Part shown: piece by piece, positions 63,777-64,000 of the stretch
Numbering within the stretch: the stretch's first letter is position 1
Layout of the letters: each line of letters begins with the position of its first letter
Source: Mobula birostris
Taxonomy: Eukaryota
Direction of reading: 5' to 3'
DNA: 64,000 bases
Assembly: GCF_030028105.1 (NCBI RefSeq)
Contig: NC_092375.1
Location: 145,947,415 to 146,011,414 of the forward strand
Position numbers and translations under genes: made by a program
The notes under the pieces: model-generated
What the model was told of the DNA's origin: nothing
Database searches by the model: none
What the model saw: the letters and a program-made list of their open reading frames with translations, nothing else

Positions 63777-64000
63777 AAGACCATAAGACCATTAGGTATA
63801 GGAGCAGAAATAGTTCATTTGGCCCAGCGAGTCTGCTCTGCCATTTCATCATGGCTGATCCAATTTTTCCCTCGGCTCCAATCTCCTGTCTGCTCCCTGT
63901 TTCCCTTCATGCCCTGACCAATCAAGAATCTATCTACCACTGCCTTAAATAAACATAAAGACTTGGCCTCCACAGATGCCTGTGGCAAAGAATTCCACAG
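63777..64000 (-). mobile_element. CR1 3' end, runs off the window
   Basis: TAAGACCATAAGACCA tail followed by CR1 3' UTR. Confidence 0.8.

Overview
Vertebrate genomic DNA. It is most likely from a cartilaginous fish (shark/ray), inferred from the crystallin sequence and the repeat families. The window is part of a tandem gamma-crystallin (shark gamma-crystallin S-1-like) gene array on the + strand. It holds three apparently intact 3-exon genes encoding 175 aa (ATG at 6497, 20747, 43424), one copy with a premature stop (ATG 58077), an orphan promoter plus exon 1 (27781) and an orphan decayed exon 3 (37953). Each gene sits in a duplicated unit of roughly 7 kb (gene plus a fixed series of old R4/Dong, Rex1/Babar and CR1 fossils) that later insertions have expanded. 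Those insertions include a full-length L1 with a TSD, several CR1s, HERO-type elements, a ~650-bp non-autonomous retroposon, and a 1.78-kb element built from two inverted LTR-like arms with a 5-bp TSD. Both window ends lie in spacer sequence, so the array probably continues on both sides. I see no clear new protein-coding system. The best candidates for novelty are the inverted-LTR element, structured ribozyme-like RNA in retroelement UTRs, a conserved GC-AG first intron, and signs of gene conversion and birth-and-death evolution. All family assignments come from motif recognition, not database searches.
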